A stretch of DNA of 64,000 bases. It comes from Lama glama (lineage: Eukaryota). A program made the translations under genes and the position numbers. Below, piece by piece: positions 62,488 to 64,000 of the stretch (positions within the stretch are counted from its first letter, which is position 1; the number at the start of each line of letters is the position of its first letter). The notes beneath the pieces were generated by a model. It ran no database searches. It was not told the origin of the DNA and saw only the letters and a program-made list of their open reading frames with translations. The stretch spans positions 63,366,001 through 63,430,000 of the forward strand of contig CM052816.1 in assembly GCA_028534125.1 (NCBI GenBank), read 5' to 3'.

Positions 62488-62809
62488 CTATAAAGAAAAA
62501 AAATTAAAATGTATTATCCCCAAATTCATATATGAATATAATCATTCATAGGTACATCTCATAACTTTGCTAGTAATCACTTAGAAAATTTTGAATCTTG
62601 GTGGGGAATCCATGTATGTGCAGTTTCACATGTAATATACTTCTTGGAGTATGCCATACAGTGTGGATTAAATCAGATTATATCTCATTACTTGAACTTT
62701 CTATTATTTCTAGTACAGGGTCCAAAATGAACTCACTTCATACTTAATCTGATAACAATGAATGAATGTGATACAAAAAGTTTAAGTGCACTAAAGATGG
62801 GCCTTTAAA

Positions 62810-63565
62810 AAAGTAATAAAGGGAAAGACTCAAAAAATTATCCTACATGAACTGTATTTCAGTGTATCAAACAGCTGATGAGGGAGGTTTCTTCTTCATA
62901 GAATTCCAGCTAATAAATGCAAAAGGAGTAACAGAATCAGAATACCATCACTCTGTAACCCCTAATCAAACAACAGATCAGGACTATGATCATCAATGGC
63001 TGCTAGAATCGATAGAGAAAGGCTGTTGAAAAACTTTACAATGGATAGCGCACTCAGTAATCTTAGACAACCACATACTGTACGTCTCCTGATGTGGTGC
63101 AATGGGAAATACAGGGCACTACCTATAAAGTTATTCTTGCCAATGGCACTTTCCTTTAAAAAAAAAAAAAAGGCCTGAATGTGATCAAGCCTCCATATCT
63201 AACTACAAGTTTATAAGAAATATAGGAGGAAGAGAGGTATAGAAATAAAGAATATATTAAGTAACACATCAGGATGTGGGCAGCCAAATCTATAACATGG
63301 ATTTTTAACTGTGATAATGGCGTTAAGATTGTGTTTCTTTTTAAATTCCTTATCACTTAAAGACATACATTTAAATATTTACAGATAATACTATATGATA
63401 TCTGGGATTTGCTTTAAAACAAAGAAAAAGGAGAAGAGAGAGAAATAGTACACAAATAGACCAAAACTGACCATGACCACACATTGAAGCTGAGTGGTAA
63501 CCTGAGAGGGATTCAAAGTTACTCATTTCTATTTGGAGGCACATTTAAAATGTTCACATTTTAAA
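62810..63565 (+). mobile_element. L1MC-like 3' UTR
   Basis: agaattccagctaataaatgcaaaagga; aatgtgatcaagcctc; atgatatctgggatttgctttaaa. Confidence 0.75.
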
Positions 63566-64000
63566 GTCTTTAATGAAGTCATGGAGATCACAAATATGAA
63601 TTTCGTAAGTTAAATTATATGTGAACATTGCACAGCCCCACTGACTAACCATATCATCGTATTTTACTTTGCTTTGTGTTTCTTGTTTTTAACTTAAAGA
63701 CTCGAAGTCAATTTTATCTGGGTCTTGGAAGATTAGGTGGACTTTGGCTGTTGAGGCTATTTGGCACATGAGAGCTGGAAATGAAGACAAATGAAACTAA
63801 AGGTAACTGCTACCTAATCACAAAAATAAGAACAGCTCATTTCTACTCATTTGCTCCCCTCCCAGGGAACAAACAGCCTCAACCCTATGATGAACCTTCA
63901 AAGAAAAAGGGAAAATAAGCTACAGATTTAGTTACTGCCACTTGTCTTCAGATATTTATTTTAGGGCAATGCAGTCCTCTAACCAGGTCTTCCTGGTTGC

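Noticed and set aside
1..64000. Most ORFs in the six-frame track as independent genes
   Set aside because: They are short, compositionally biased and often lack an ATG start; they fall in repeats or merely overlap IPO11 exons. This is intron-rich eukaryotic DNA.

Overview
AT-rich mammalian genomic DNA covering the middle of the importin-11 gene (IPO11) on the minus strand. Seventeen coding exons (62487 down to 6686; 1632 nt, 544 codons) splice into one uninterrupted frame. They correspond to about residues 277-820 and exons 10-26 of human IPO11; that numbering is recalled, not searched. Fifteen introns are GT-AG and one 190-nt intron (45787-45976) is a minor-spliceosome AT-AC intron. Introns are full of L1, L2, MIR, MaLR LTR and hAT/Tigger fossils. 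Four tRNA-Ala-derived SINEs resemble vic-1 and point to a camelid genome. Apart from ORFs overlapping IPO11 exons or L1/HAL1 remnants, the ORF track is spurious. I see no evidence for a wholly new biological system. The best leads are the U12 intron with its in-frame bypass, a SINE-derived candidate poison exon, a CAGCAG acceptor, a dense palindrome cluster and a structured intronic tract. Repeat subfamily names are by-eye assignments, and their boundaries are approximate unless target-site duplications (TSDs) are given.
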